DNA from: Vibrio alginolyticus NBRC 15630 = ATCC 17749
GTDB taxonomy: Bacteria > Pseudomonadota > Gammaproteobacteria > Enterobacterales > Vibrionaceae
NCBI RefSeq assembly: GCF_000354175.2
Contig: NC_022359.1
Coordinates: forward strand, 780,001 to 812,000
Direction of reading: 5' to 3'
DNA: 32,000 bases
Under the pieces are notes generated by a model that made no database searches, was not told where the DNA came from, and saw only the letters and a list, made by a program, of their open reading frames with translations. Shown here in pieces: positions 1 through 8,527 of the stretch. The position numbers and the translations under genes are program-made. Position 1 is the stretch's first letter; each line of letters starts with the position of its first letter.

Positions 1-46
1 TAGCTTTAAGGATTGGAGCAGATAGACCTAACGAGGTAAAACCCAT
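1..46 (-). CDS. First 15 codons of a DEAD-box ATP-dependent RNA helicase (RhlE-like); the gene runs leftwards out of the window
   Basis: The reverse complement of 2..46 reads ATG GGT TTT ACC TCG TTA GGT CTA TCT GCT CCA ATC CTT AAA GCT = MGFTSLGLSAPILKA. This matches the N-terminus ahead of the Q-motif in RhlE-type helicases (E. coli RhlE starts MSFDSLGLSPDILRA, from memory). It is too short to appear in the ORF track. Confidence 0.45.
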   Translation of the reverse strand, partial: MGFTSLGLSAPILKA

Positions 47-331
47 ATGTATGATTCTCAATTGTAGAGTTAGATAACAACGCGCCGAAAACAAATCGGT
101 GCGAAAAGTGCGACATTCTGAGGCTTTTACGCGCAGGCTTCAACTAATTCCGTCATGGATAAATATTTGAACTGGATCTCATTTCTTTTTGGCAGGCAAA
201 ACTGATAACTGGTTTGGTCGATCGATTGAATGGTTTTACGTTGGCGATGCCCATTCTTACATCGCTATCACGGTATGCAGTTTTAGTTTATCAAATGCTG
301 TTCGGAGTGTGGGGGAGGCTTGCTCCTTTCA

Positions 332-1042
332 TTACTCCGCTTTTGCATGCGTTAAAAACGCACTCGTCAATTGCTGAAAGAGCGAATCTACCGATGGGCG
401 GTCGGATACATGATGGAAGAGCGGTGTGTGGACATCACCACGAATATCATCGCTGTGACCGCAAAGCTGATTACACATTCGTACTGGTTCGACAATCTTC
501 TCGACGTCGGCATCAATCAGAATGCATGCTTGTGACAATACCACTTGTCCGCCGCCTTTTTTAAGTAAAACACGCTGCGCGGTTCCCACGACTTTTTGCC
601 CGCCAATGTTGAGGTTGTACTCGCCATCGCAGTAGGAATAAGGCGTAGCATGAACATCCACTTTCACGCCGAGCTGTTTAAAGAAAACCGTTAATATCGC
701 ACATAAATCGAGATACGCTTTTTTGATGTTGTAAGGCTCGCCTTCTGGCCAGTGGTAAATGTGGGATAGATTGATAATACCTGGCACTTGAGGGACTGGT
801 GCACCACCGGTTTTACGGGAAAAGAGTTTCCAGCCCGACATGTTTAACGCATGTTCTAACTCATTAGACACTGGCCATTTCTTACCAGCGGGAAGCACGA
901 GCGTTGGACTTTTTACTTGCCAAAGCAATAGCACTTGCGAGAGTTGGTTGGACTGAACTTGTTTAATGAGCTCATCTTCTTTGTCAAATGCATCAGCGAC
1001 TTCCGTAGCTGTGTAGCGAATTAGCTTATTTTTAGCAACCAA
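332..1042 (-). CDS. Lipoate-protein ligase family protein (BPL/LplA/LipB catalytic domain only, 236 aa)
   Basis: Intact 236-aa ORF with a TTG start. The GGQKVVGTAQR motif resembles the Lys-containing acyl-adenylate-binding strand of LplA/LipB-type enzymes. The length fits a catalytic domain without the LplA C-terminal accessory domain. Confidence 0.7.
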   Translation of the reverse strand: MVAKNKLIRYTATEVADAFDKEDELIKQVQSNQLSQVLLLWQVKSPTLVLPAGKKWPVSNELEHALNMSGWKLFSRKTGGAPVPQVPGIINLSHIYHWPEGEPYNIKKAYLDLCAILTVFFKQLGVKVDVHATPYSYCDGEYNLNIGGQKVVGTAQRVLLKKGGGQVVLSQACILIDADVEKIVEPVRMCNQLCGHSDDIRGDVHTPLFHHVSDRPSVDSLFQQLTSAFLTHAKAE

Positions 1043-1266
1043 ACTCTATCCCTCGCGGCTATTTAATCGTTACTGTTGTATCTCAGATACAGCTTTATTG
1101 CTAGGTCTGAGTGATTAGGCTTTTGCTCGCTAGCTGCATGATCACCTTTTGGATCTTTTCCGTTGTCCATTAATTCTGCTTGAACACGCGATAAAAAGTT
1201 TTTGCTAGTCATCACATCAGCCATTCATAAAATCTGCCATCTATGAAAAATTTTGGCGATATAAGT

Positions 1267-1593
1267 ATGAAAAAGCGAGTGATGACTCTCGCGTTAGCGG
1301 CATCATTAACGGGATGTGTGACGTCCCCAACTCAAGAATCTGAGCAAGTACAGGTGCTTTGGGACAATGTGAATGCGATTGAAAACTGTGAACTAATGGG
1401 TACCGTGATCGGCTCAGAAGGACACTTTTACGACTACTGGTTTCACGCAGATAAAGACATGGTTTGGGGGACGCTAAACCAAATGCGCATCAAGGCGGCG
1501 GATTTAGGCGCAGATACCTTGTACTTGTATCAACCGTTGAGCTTTTCTACGTCAGTGACGATGTTTGCAAATGCTTACAAGTGCAAACAGTAG
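1267..1593 (+). CDS. Small outer-membrane-type lipoprotein (DUF4156-like)
   Basis: MKKRVMTLALAASLTG|C is a classic lipobox signal peptide. The mature part is ~90 aa and ends ...AYKCKQ. I prefer the internal ATG at 1267 over the track start at 1243 because it gives a canonical lipoprotein signal. Confidence 0.65.
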   Translation: MKKRVMTLALAASLTGCVTSPTQESEQVQVLWDNVNAIENCELMGTVIGSEGHFYDYWFHADKDMVWGTLNQMRIKAADLGADTLYLYQPLSFSTSVTMFANAYKCKQ

Positions 1594-1614
1594 CGATTTT
1601 CTTGCTCATAATTG

Positions 1615-1641
1615 AAAGACAGGCGCTGCTCGCCTGTCTTT
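1615..1641. terminator. Bidirectional intrinsic terminator between convergent genes
   Basis: Perfect 11-bp stem AAAGACAGGCG / CGCCTGTCTTT with loop CTGCT. A/T runs flank both sides. It lies between the stops at 1593 (+) and 1673 (-). Confidence 0.7.
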
Positions 1642-1672
1642 GATGCGTTCTACAAATACTGGCGACTTTGCG

Positions 1673-2701
1673 TTAATTGACGTTTGCTGTCGCCACCGCT
1701 GATGTATCAGAAAACGACAACGTAAAGTCTCGCTCGGTATTAAGTACTTTGGCTGGAAACTCTAAGCTCAACTGTGTATGTGGCGCGACTTCTGAAGCAA
1801 TGCTAGTAACGAATTTTCGGGTTTCTCCAGGAGAGATCGATATGTCACTTCCACCTTGTGATGAGAGCTCAGCGATACCCATTGTTTCAAGTGTGTTACC
1901 TGCAGTATCCGCCAGGTGTAATAAAGATTCTGACTTGTAGATTAATTCTCCACTTTCTGTGCGATATGCATTAAACGAGTTGAAATTTGGTTGCAATGAT
2001 CCTTGTGAACCAATGTTAGTAACGGAAAATGTCACATTAGCGCCATCAAAGTTCTCGACTCTTACGAGTACGTTACCGTCTTGGTAACGAGCGGCTGCAG
2101 CCGCGGTTGCTTGCTGTTTCTGCCTCTGTTTCTCTTTTTCAATGTCGCTTAACTGTTTCTGCTCATTAGCGATTCGATTCTTTGCCATGTAGTACGACTG
2201 ATCGACCATTGCTATTAAAGCGGGGATTGAATACAAAGTGAGGCCTTCCAAATGGTCAAAGTCGATTTTGGCATGTTGAGTACGTTTATGATTAGAAAAT
2301 TGGCAGTAACCATCAATCAAACTGATGAAAGCCACTTCAAAAGTGCCCTGTAATCGGCTTACTTCCTGTGCTGCTTTCTCTAGATTTGAGCGGACTTTCC
2401 GAATCTCTTCCAAACTCTTTTGTGAAAGACGACCGTTTGGCGATACGTCGTTAGAAACCGAAACCAGTTCTTCGGTCACAAATGGATTGTTTTCGGCTGG
2501 AATCACCGTAGTGATACGGTTGGATTTGGTGATGTCTTCGCCCAATAAAACCATCATTTTTTGCGATGCGGCAGTTGTGTTGCCCGCTAATACGTCACTA
2601 CAGTTTGGCGACGTATTGGCATACACGGCGAATGCGGTAAAAAGTGAAAGTGTAACGGACCAGCCGATGGTGACGAGTCCTGTCGTGGTTCGAGTATTCA
2701 T
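1673..2701 (-). CDS. Hypothetical exported protein (342 aa): signal peptide, central coiled-coil / Q,K,E-rich linker, beta-rich C-terminal domain
   Basis: The N-terminus MNTRTTTGLVTIGWSVTLSLFTAFAVYA|N looks like a Sec signal. A SD-like AGAGGGG lies 8 nt upstream of the ATG. The central stretch NEQKQLSDIEKEKQRQKQQATAAAAA is coiled-coil-like. The C-terminal ~130 aa alternates polar and hydrophobic residues (VLVRVENFDGANVTFSVTNIG...PGETRKFVTSI...), which suggests a beta-sandwich. I recognise no family. Confidence 0.7.
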   Translation of the reverse strand: MNTRTTTGLVTIGWSVTLSLFTAFAVYANTSPNCSDVLAGNTTAASQKMMVLLGEDITKSNRITTVIPAENNPFVTEELVSVSNDVSPNGRLSQKSLEEIRKVRSNLEKAAQEVSRLQGTFEVAFISLIDGYCQFSNHKRTQHAKIDFDHLEGLTLYSIPALIAMVDQSYYMAKNRIANEQKQLSDIEKEKQRQKQQATAAAAARYQDGNVLVRVENFDGANVTFSVTNIGSQGSLQPNFNSFNAYRTESGELIYKSESLLHLADTAGNTLETMGIAELSSQGGSDISISPGETRKFVTSIASEVAPHTQLSLEFPAKVLNTERDFTLSFSDTSAVATANVN

Positions 2702-3057
2702 CCTGATAACCCCTCTGTCATTTGGTGCGATTCACTGACGTAATTGCCAATCAAAAGATTGGCTCGCGACATTCAGAATGGTTCTGGTCAACCCTTCGTA
2801 GTGGGTATGCCCACAGATGCTTTTTTAGTCGTTTATCAACCGCTAAGCCACGATTGATAAAGTGTCTGAAATTGAGAGCATTAACGCTGCGAAGTTGATG
2901 TCTTTGACTGAAAGATAGACGTAACTTTTCTAACCATCAAATACGTGATTGAGTTCTCATTTTTATATGAGTGAGAGGTTCAAGAGAAAACAGGCACTTA
3001 CTGTAGAGAGTTGATTTGAAGGAAAAATATAAATTTTTTTGGGGAACTTTTTTGATG

Positions 3058-3092
3058 CTGCCTTTGAGACTTTTTTTGAATCTCAAAGGCAG
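3058..3092 (-). terminator. Hairpin 21 nt downstream of the aminotransferase stop (atypical terminator or mRNA-end stabiliser)
   Basis: Perfect 12-bp stem CTGCCTTTGAGA / TCTCAAAGGCAG with an 11-nt loop. Neither strand has a proper U-tract after the stem, so confidence is low. Confidence 0.35.
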
Positions 3093-3112
3093 GTTCTTAC
3101 ACTCGCGTTCAA

Positions 3113-4261
3113 TTACAACGTGTTGAGGACATCCGCGAGTCGAGAGACAGCTGTCGTCAGTTCTTCTGGTGTGGCATTGGTAAAGTTAAGACGCAGAGCG
3201 GCTTTTACCTTTGAACCTTCTGGATAAAAGACCGGGCTAGGCACTACAGCAACCCAGTTTGCGAGAAGGTTTTTCGCCAGTTCGAAGGTGTCACATTCTG
3301 GAATCTCGACCCAAACGAACATACCACCATCGACAGGTTTGAGTACGCAACTTTCTGGCAGCTGTTTTTGTAGTTCAGCAAACATGACATCGTAACGTGA
3401 TTTGTAAAGCGCACAGATGGTTGAAATGTGCGTTTCGAAGTTGTCATGTTGGAGCAGGCCATGCAGCAAAGCTTGCATAGGAATACTAGAGTGCAGATCG
3501 GCACCTTGTTTAATTTTGATGAGTGGCTCAAGGTAGCTACTCTTGCCCGTAACTACACCAATACGCAAGCCTGGTGAAGCTATTTTGGAGAAAGAGCGCA
3601 ATACGATGGAGTGCTGTGGGCAGAAGTCCGAAACCAGTGGAAGCGCTTCACCAGAAAAACGCAGCTCGCGGTATGGTGCGTCTTCAATGAACGCCACGTC
3701 GTATTGTATACAAAGCTCGGCAACTTTTTGGCGAGTCTCTAGCGCCCAGCATACGCCCGTTGGGTTGTGAAAATCGGGTACGGCGTAGAACATTTTTGGT
3801 TGCTGCGTGGCAAAGCACTGTTCGAGTTCTTCAAGGTTTGGGCCACACTCGGTTTGTGAAACGGTCACGATGTTGGCTTGCACTAGACCGAATACTTGCA
3901 TAGCACCAAGGTAGCTCGGTGCTTCCATCACCACTTTATCGCCCGGATTTACGTACGCACGCGCAATCAAATCTAGCCCTTGCTGAGAGCCCGTTGTGAT
4001 CATAGCCAAATGAGATTCCGGCAGCTGGTAATAATCGGTCAAAAAGTTAAGTAGCGGGGCGTAGCCTGCTGTTGCGCCATATTGAAACACCTCTGGCATA
4101 TTAGCGAGGTTTTCGAGCGTCGGTTTCATTAAGTCGATCGGGAAGGTTTTTTCGTCCGGCAAGCCACCTGCAAGAGAAATGACGTTCTTATCGCTCGCTG
4201 CTGCGAGGATCTCTCGGATGTAGGATGACTTAGTTTGTTGTAATGACTGTGCGATTTCCAT
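3113..4261 (-). CDS. PLP-dependent aminotransferase, class I/II fold (2-aminoadipate / aromatic aminotransferase-like; no MocR-type HTH)
   Basis: 382-aa ORF. SFSKIASPGLRIGVV carries the PLP-lysine motif (SxSK). NPTG and the AxPxY-type patterns (MEAPSYLG, DAPYRELRF) are typical of fold-type I aminotransferases. Confidence 0.85.
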   Translation of the reverse strand: MEIAQSLQQTKSSYIREILAAASDKNVISLAGGLPDEKTFPIDLMKPTLENLANMPEVFQYGATAGYAPLLNFLTDYYQLPESHLAMITTGSQQGLDLIARAYVNPGDKVVMEAPSYLGAMQVFGLVQANIVTVSQTECGPNLEELEQCFATQQPKMFYAVPDFHNPTGVCWALETRQKVAELCIQYDVAFIEDAPYRELRFSGEALPLVSDFCPQHSIVLRSFSKIASPGLRIGVVTGKSSYLEPLIKIKQGADLHSSIPMQALLHGLLQHDNFETHISTICALYKSRYDVMFAELQKQLPESCVLKPVDGGMFVWVEIPECDTFELAKNLLANWVAVVPSPVFYPEGSKVKAALRLNFTNATPEELTTAVSRLADVLNTL

Positions 4262-4329
4262 GTGCTGTGCTTCTCGTAATTGTCTTTTTTTATGTCAGAA
4301 ATAGTATAGGTAAATTGCCAAGCTTGGTG

Positions 4330-4365
4330 TGTCCATTTATGCTGTTAAATATGTCCATTTATGCT
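4330..4365 (+). promoter_or_regulatory. Tandem direct repeat TGTCCATTTATGCT x2 (22-bp register), candidate AraC-family operator
   Basis: TGTCCATTTATGCTgTTaAA (4330-4349) and TGTCCATTTATGCTaTTtAA (4352-4371) share 18 of 20 nt. The start-to-start spacing is 22 bp, about two helical turns. They lie in the 125-bp divergent region between the aminotransferase (start 4261, -) and the AraC/GyrI gene (start 4387, +). Confidence 0.45.
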
Positions 4366-4386
4366 ATTTAAGCGAAAGTTTACTCC

Positions 4387-5256
4387 GTGAGCCATCAACA
4401 AGTTTCCAGAATCAATGACGTGCTGTTTTACATTCACCAGGACATTAGCAGAGATTTATCGGCTAAAGAGCTAGCAGATGTAGCAGCCTATTCTGAACAG
4501 CACTTCCATCGTATTTTTAAAGATGTGGTAGGGGAGTCTGTCCATCAATATATCCGTCGAACAAGAATGGAATACGCCGCCAATCAACTGATGTTTGATA
4601 CCAGCTCATCGGTGTTAGACATTGCTAACAAGTGCGGCTTTAGCTCGGTATCTTCTTTTAGCCGAGCGTTTAAAGCAACGTTCGCTATGTCTCCTGGTGC
4701 GTGGCGAAAGCATGATTTACAAGTCGCAGAAAAGCCGTATCTAAAAGATCCGGAAGTGGCTGCGGGTTATCATCGGGTTGCTAAACGCGAGTTGCCAGAA
4801 CCTAAAATTATGGAGGTTCCACAACGCTTTGCGGCTTATGTGCGGCATGAGGGTTATAGCCGTTCCATTCGCAATGCGTGGCTGATTTTGAAGGCGTGGG
4901 CAAGCTCTGAGAATCGGGACTTTTCGGTTCAATATGGTTTGCATCACTCCAACCCCGCTTGGGTCGAGCTAGATAAGTGTCGCTATGTGGCTTGTATGGC
5001 GATTGATAAGCCGCTTAAAGTACGCGGTGTCGTGAATCAAATGACGATTCCGGGTGGTTTGCATGCTGTTTTTCGCTTAACAGGCGTATATGGAGAGCTT
5101 CTTCCTCAATTGAGTATGGTGTTAGAGAAGTGGTTGCCGAATTCAGGCTTTAAGCAGCGTTCTACACCCGCTTATGTTCACTATCAGAAAAACCATTTCC
5201 TTAGCCATGATGAGGCGTTTGAGCTGGACTTCTATCTGCCCATCAGCTTTTTCTAA
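4387..5256 (+). CDS. AraC-family transcriptional regulator with a C-terminal GyrI-like effector-binding domain
   Basis: GTG start. The N-terminal ~105 aa form a double HTH (LSAKELADVAAYSEQHFHRIFKDVVGES...IANKCGFSSVSSFSRAFKATFAMSPGAWR). The C-terminal ~160 aa have the size and pattern of GyrI/Rob/SbmC-like ligand-binding domains. Confidence 0.85.
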   Translation: MSHQQVSRINDVLFYIHQDISRDLSAKELADVAAYSEQHFHRIFKDVVGESVHQYIRRTRMEYAANQLMFDTSSSVLDIANKCGFSSVSSFSRAFKATFAMSPGAWRKHDLQVAEKPYLKDPEVAAGYHRVAKRELPEPKIMEVPQRFAAYVRHEGYSRSIRNAWLILKAWASSENRDFSVQYGLHHSNPAWVELDKCRYVACMAIDKPLKVRGVVNQMTIPGGLHAVFRLTGVYGELLPQLSMVLEKWLPNSGFKQRSTPAYVHYQKNHFLSHDEAFELDFYLPISFF

Positions 5257-5336
5257 TTGGAGTATTTATTTACTATCCGTAAGGAAGAAAATGCTAAGCT
5301 CTATATGGTGATTTTTTACAAATAATTGAAAATTAA

Positions 5337-6239
5337 ATGAACATCGATCATGTAAAGCTATTTGTCCGTTTGGCTTCGACACACAACATCAGCATGGCTG
5401 GTCAGGAGCTTGGACTTTCTCCTGCTGTCGCTAGCGCACACATCAATAAACTTGAGGACAGCTTAGGAGTTCGTTTAGTTCATCGCACCACACGCAAAGT
5501 TTCCTTAACTGAAGAGGGGCAGGCTTTTTTACCTCACGCGGAGGAGGTCCTTGCAACAGTGGAGGCAGCAAGGGGAGCTGTTGGCTCAGGGCAGAGTGCG
5601 CCAACGGGAGTATTACGTATAACCGCCTCTGCAACTTTTGGTCGCTTGCATATTGTGCCCGCATTAAAAGGTTTTATGGCGCGTTACCCAGGGTTAACCG
5701 TGGACTGCCGATTTTCTGATTCCATTATTGATCTGGTTGAGGGAGGTTTTGATGTCGCCATTCGTGTCGCTGAGTTGAAAGATTCTTCATTGGTTGCAAG
5801 AAAGCTTGCGCCAGATCGTCGTATTATCGTTGCATCACCAGATTATATTGAACAATTTGGGAGACCTAACAAGCCCCAAGACTTGGCGAATCATGAATGT
5901 ATTAACTTAGTTGGAATGAATAATTGGTCATTCAATACAAAAGATGGAATGTTCAATGTAAGAACTTCTGGTCGTTTTAAAACCGATAATGGTGATGCGA
6001 TGAGAGACGCGACGGTAAACGGGTTAGGTATTTCTATCAACTCGGTTTGGAGTGTTTATCAAGAATTACAAAGTGGTCAGCTAGTGGAAGTACTCGAAGA
6101 TCACCCTTTAGCGATGGATGCTGGGATTTGGGCTGTGTACCCAAGCTCTCGTTTAATTGCGCCTAAGGTGCGTGCTTTTATTGATTACTTTGCTGAATAC
6201 TATGGCACGCCACCTTATTGGGAGTTTGCGGAAAAGTGA
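5337..6239 (+). CDS. LysR-family transcriptional regulator
   Basis: N-terminal wHTH (FVRLASTHNISMAGQELGLSPAVASAHINKLEDSLGVRLVHRTTRKVSLTEEG) followed by a LysR substrate-binding domain. 300 aa. Confidence 0.9.
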   Translation: MNIDHVKLFVRLASTHNISMAGQELGLSPAVASAHINKLEDSLGVRLVHRTTRKVSLTEEGQAFLPHAEEVLATVEAARGAVGSGQSAPTGVLRITASATFGRLHIVPALKGFMARYPGLTVDCRFSDSIIDLVEGGFDVAIRVAELKDSSLVARKLAPDRRIIVASPDYIEQFGRPNKPQDLANHECINLVGMNNWSFNTKDGMFNVRTSGRFKTDNGDAMRDATVNGLGISINSVWSVYQELQSGQLVEVLEDHPLAMDAGIWAVYPSSRLIAPKVRAFIDYFAEYYGTPPYWEFAEK

Positions 6240-6316
6240 TAATAAGTTTCAATTATCGAATACATTGTTTTTAAGGTCCGAATAAAAACGAACCTCAAGA
6301 TAATTCTTAATTGTTA

Positions 6317-7120
6317 TTAATAGAGTTTGCTTAGGATTAATTCAATACTATCAATTATCTGCTGTGTTTTGCTCTGATCTAATGCATCAGGGTGTGGGGG
6401 CGCGAATGCTTCAATGTCATTATCGAAGTACATACCATGCGCTTGAGCAAACTCTTCTGATAGCGCAGCGCGAGTTAGAATATCTGCTCCTAAGCGGATA
6501 TCACCACCAGCAACCCCATAAGCATCTTTAACCATCTTACTACCTAGGAATGATTTTGGGTTTACTGATACCAACATAGGGCCAGTGTTCTTAAGCTTTA
6601 GTCCGATTGCTCGTGACCACATCGTTAATGCCAATTTGCTTTGGGCATATGCTTCGCCATCTGACAATGGTTTATTACCGACTAAAGCGCTAGTGTTTAC
6701 TGTTGTTTGTGCAGCTGAAGACAAATTAACCACACGACCCGTATCACCGAGCAACGGCAATAGCTCTCTAGTGAGTAAGTAGGGAGCAATGGTGTTGACT
6801 GCGAAGCGTACATCAAGACCCTCTTTAGTTCTTGGATTTGGTGTTGCGTACACACCAGCATTGTTAATGATGACGTCTAAACGATTGAACCGTTCTGTTA
6901 TCTCCATCACTATCTGTTTTACCGCATTGGGAGAGGATAAATCAGCAACAAGGCTTTCAACTTTACCACTTTTCATCTCCCTCAAAATTTGCTCAACTTG
7001 TTGAATTTTCTCTATATTCCGGCCATGGATTATTACGTGTTGTTCACGGTTAATTAACATTTTCGCGGTTTCTAAACCAATACCGTCAGTAGATCCAGTA
7101 ACTAGAATTGTCTTTCGCAT
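6317..7120 (-). CDS. Short-chain dehydrogenase/reductase (SDR) family oxidoreductase
   Basis: TGSTDGIG is the Rossmann TGxxxGIG motif. NNAG and YAQSK (YxxxK) are the active-site motifs. I prefer the start at 7120 (MRKTILVTG, GAGAG SD ~7 nt upstream) over the track start at 7132. Confidence 0.85.
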   Translation of the reverse strand: MRKTILVTGSTDGIGLETAKMLINREQHVIIHGRNIEKIQQVEQILREMKSGKVESLVADLSSPNAVKQIVMEITERFNRLDVIINNAGVYATPNPRTKEGLDVRFAVNTIAPYLLTRELLPLLGDTGRVVNLSSAAQTTVNTSALVGNKPLSDGEAYAQSKLALTMWSRAIGLKLKNTGPMLVSVNPKSFLGSKMVKDAYGVAGGDIRLGADILTRAALSEEFAQAHGMYFDNDIEAFAPPHPDALDQSKTQQIIDSIELILSKLY

Positions 7121-7348
7121 GATCGCTCTCATTGTTGAGGGTTATTATAGAACGATCATAGTGGCATCTTTTGCATTCGACTATTGAGACTAAAAAGAAA
7201 ACACTTTCTAGGAAAAATTGAAAATAACTTTGTTGTTCTTTTTGTGGACGGTGCGACGAATTAACGTCTCATTAGATGCTACGGTTATACATGTGGTGCT
7301 CAAAAATTAGGCACTGTTTTGTACTCAAATAATAGCCAAGAGGTCTCT

Positions 7349-7588
7349 ATGTTAGGTGAAAATCACTCATTAACTCATGAATTCCCAGAACATTTGGATA
7401 CCATTACTCAGCTTACCGAAAACGATGCATCATTTGCTGAAACCGTTAAAAACTACAATGCTTTAGATAAGGAAATCCGCGTACTAGAACTTCAAGGAAG
7501 CCCGATTGATGATCACGAAATGAACGTGTTAAAACATAACCGGGCTGAGCTCAAAGACTGGCTCCACTCGCGAATAATGGGTTCTTAG
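7349..7588 (+). CDS. DUF465 / YdcH-family small protein
   Basis: MLGENHSLTHEFPEHLDTITQLTENDASFAETVKNYNALDKEIRVLE... matches my memory of the YdcH/DUF465 pattern (HxLxxEFPE...F..L...Y..LD.EI). An AAGAGG SD lies 6 nt upstream of the ATG at 7349. Confidence 0.7.
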   Translation: MLGENHSLTHEFPEHLDTITQLTENDASFAETVKNYNALDKEIRVLELQGSPIDDHEMNVLKHNRAELKDWLHSRIMGS

Positions 7589-7601
7589 TGACGAAATGAT
7601 C

Positions 7602-7630
7602 ATCGGCTCGTAAATTGCGGGCCGATTTTA
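7602..7630 (+). terminator. Intrinsic terminator after the DUF465 gene
   Basis: Stem ATCGGCTCG / CGGGCCGAT (9 bp, one G-U pair) with loop TAAATTG, followed by TTTTA. Confidence 0.55.
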
Positions 7631-7661
7631 GTTCCAATGGACGATGCCAAGTGTGCAAACA

Positions 7662-8333
7662 TTAGGAGTGCTGAGCAGGAGCTTGGAGCGGCAGGTGACC
7701 AGTTTTTACCCAAATGATCGTTTCTTGCTCTACAAAAGGAAAATGCTCGCTCATATGTGGGCTTCGGATCCAAGAGAGAGCGGGATAGGTACCTAGCTCG
7801 TCTCTAAACTCTCCTGACAATACGAAAATTTCTTCACCACCAAAGTGACGGGGTGGTTGAAACTTCTCACCTTTTGGCCATTTAACCAACGCGACATGTT
7901 CGTGCTCAAAATGATGCAGAGGCATGACTTGCAACCCACCGACACCACTCTGCCAGCTCGCTTGGTTTGTATTAATGCGAACTGTTTCAAGATCCTCAGA
8001 TTCGAACTGATTTAGTTTAACTAAAATCACACAGCCTTCTTTGCTAAATGGTGCGTGTTGACTTCCTGGAGGGTTACGAAGGTAAGTGCCAGCAGGGTAG
8101 TCACCGTATTCGTCAGAGAATACTCCCTCGAGCACCAATATTTCTTCTCCTCGAGGGTGAGGATGAGTCGAAAACTGCGAATTTGGCTTGTACTTAACGA
8201 CGCTGGTGGTATGCCCTGATTCTTTGGCTTCTCGTTCCAAAGGTTTGCGCCACACACCTTTGGAAGGGCTGGCGATCCACTCCTGTTGAGCAGTATCTAT
8301 CACGATTCTTTTTGAAAAATCCATATTCAACAT
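7662..8333 (-). CDS. Bicupin protein (two ChrR-like cupin domains; no anti-sigma N-domain)
   Basis: Two repeated modules of similar design: ...HPHPRGEEILVLEGVFSDEYGDYPAGTYLRNPPGSQHAPF... and ...PPRHFGGEEIFVLSGEFRDELGTYPALSWIRSPHMSEHFPF.... Each has the G-x5-HxH...E...H cupin-type pattern seen in the ChrR C-terminal domain. Confidence 0.75.
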   Translation of the reverse strand: MLNMDFSKRIVIDTAQQEWIASPSKGVWRKPLEREAKESGHTTSVVKYKPNSQFSTHPHPRGEEILVLEGVFSDEYGDYPAGTYLRNPPGSQHAPFSKEGCVILVKLNQFESEDLETVRINTNQASWQSGVGGLQVMPLHHFEHEHVALVKWPKGEKFQPPRHFGGEEIFVLSGEFRDELGTYPALSWIRSPHMSEHFPFVEQETIIWVKTGHLPLQAPAQHS

Positions 8334-8484
8334 ATTGAAATTCCGTTACTTATTTAATTACTAATTCTCATTAGTATACGTATAAAAAACATCAATTGAT
8401 TCATTTGTTGATAGCCCAATTCATGGATTGAGTACGAACATGAAATCGGAGCCTAATTTAAATTTCTGCTTGTGTAATGAGAAT

Positions 8485-8499
8485 TGTTATATTATAACA
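8485..8499. promoter_or_regulatory. Candidate Zur box 1 (perfect 15-bp palindrome)
   Basis: TGTTATATTATAACA equals the core of the gamma-proteobacterial Zur consensus GAAATGTTATAWTATAACATTTC. It lies 43 bp upstream of the GTG of the His-rich OMP gene. Confidence 0.65.
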
Positions 8500-8512
8500 T
8501 CGAAAAATTAAA

Positions 8513-8527
8513 TGTTATAACATAACA
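8513..8527. promoter_or_regulatory. Candidate Zur box 2
   Basis: TGTTATAACATAACA matches the TGTTATAWTATAACA core at 14 of 15 positions. It sits immediately upstream of the AGGAAA SD of the 8542 gene, 28 bp centre-to-centre from box 1. Confidence 0.6.

Noticed and set aside
189-564. Two plus-strand ORFs (62 aa and 116 aa) at the left end
   Set aside because: They overlap each other and run antisense to the 3' part of the better-supported LplA-family gene. They have no SD, and their Cys/His/Arg-rich composition is typical of out-of-frame translation.
1677-2738. Plus-strand ORFs of 87 aa and 137 aa nested in the 1673-2701 region
   Set aside because: They are antisense shadows of the 342-aa minus-strand ORF, which has a signal peptide and an SD. 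The same reasoning applies to the other nested antisense ORFs in the track (for example 3244-3531, 3543-3770, 4741-4947, 5443-5664, 6585-7004, 7793-8257, 8492-8995, 9454-9765, 9784-10216, 10707-10955, 11848-12129, 12810-14255, 16874-17092, 17694-17885, 20269-20604, 21723-21917, 23072-23659, 23800-24030, 24494-24685, 25401-25661, 26228-26521, 27174-27793).
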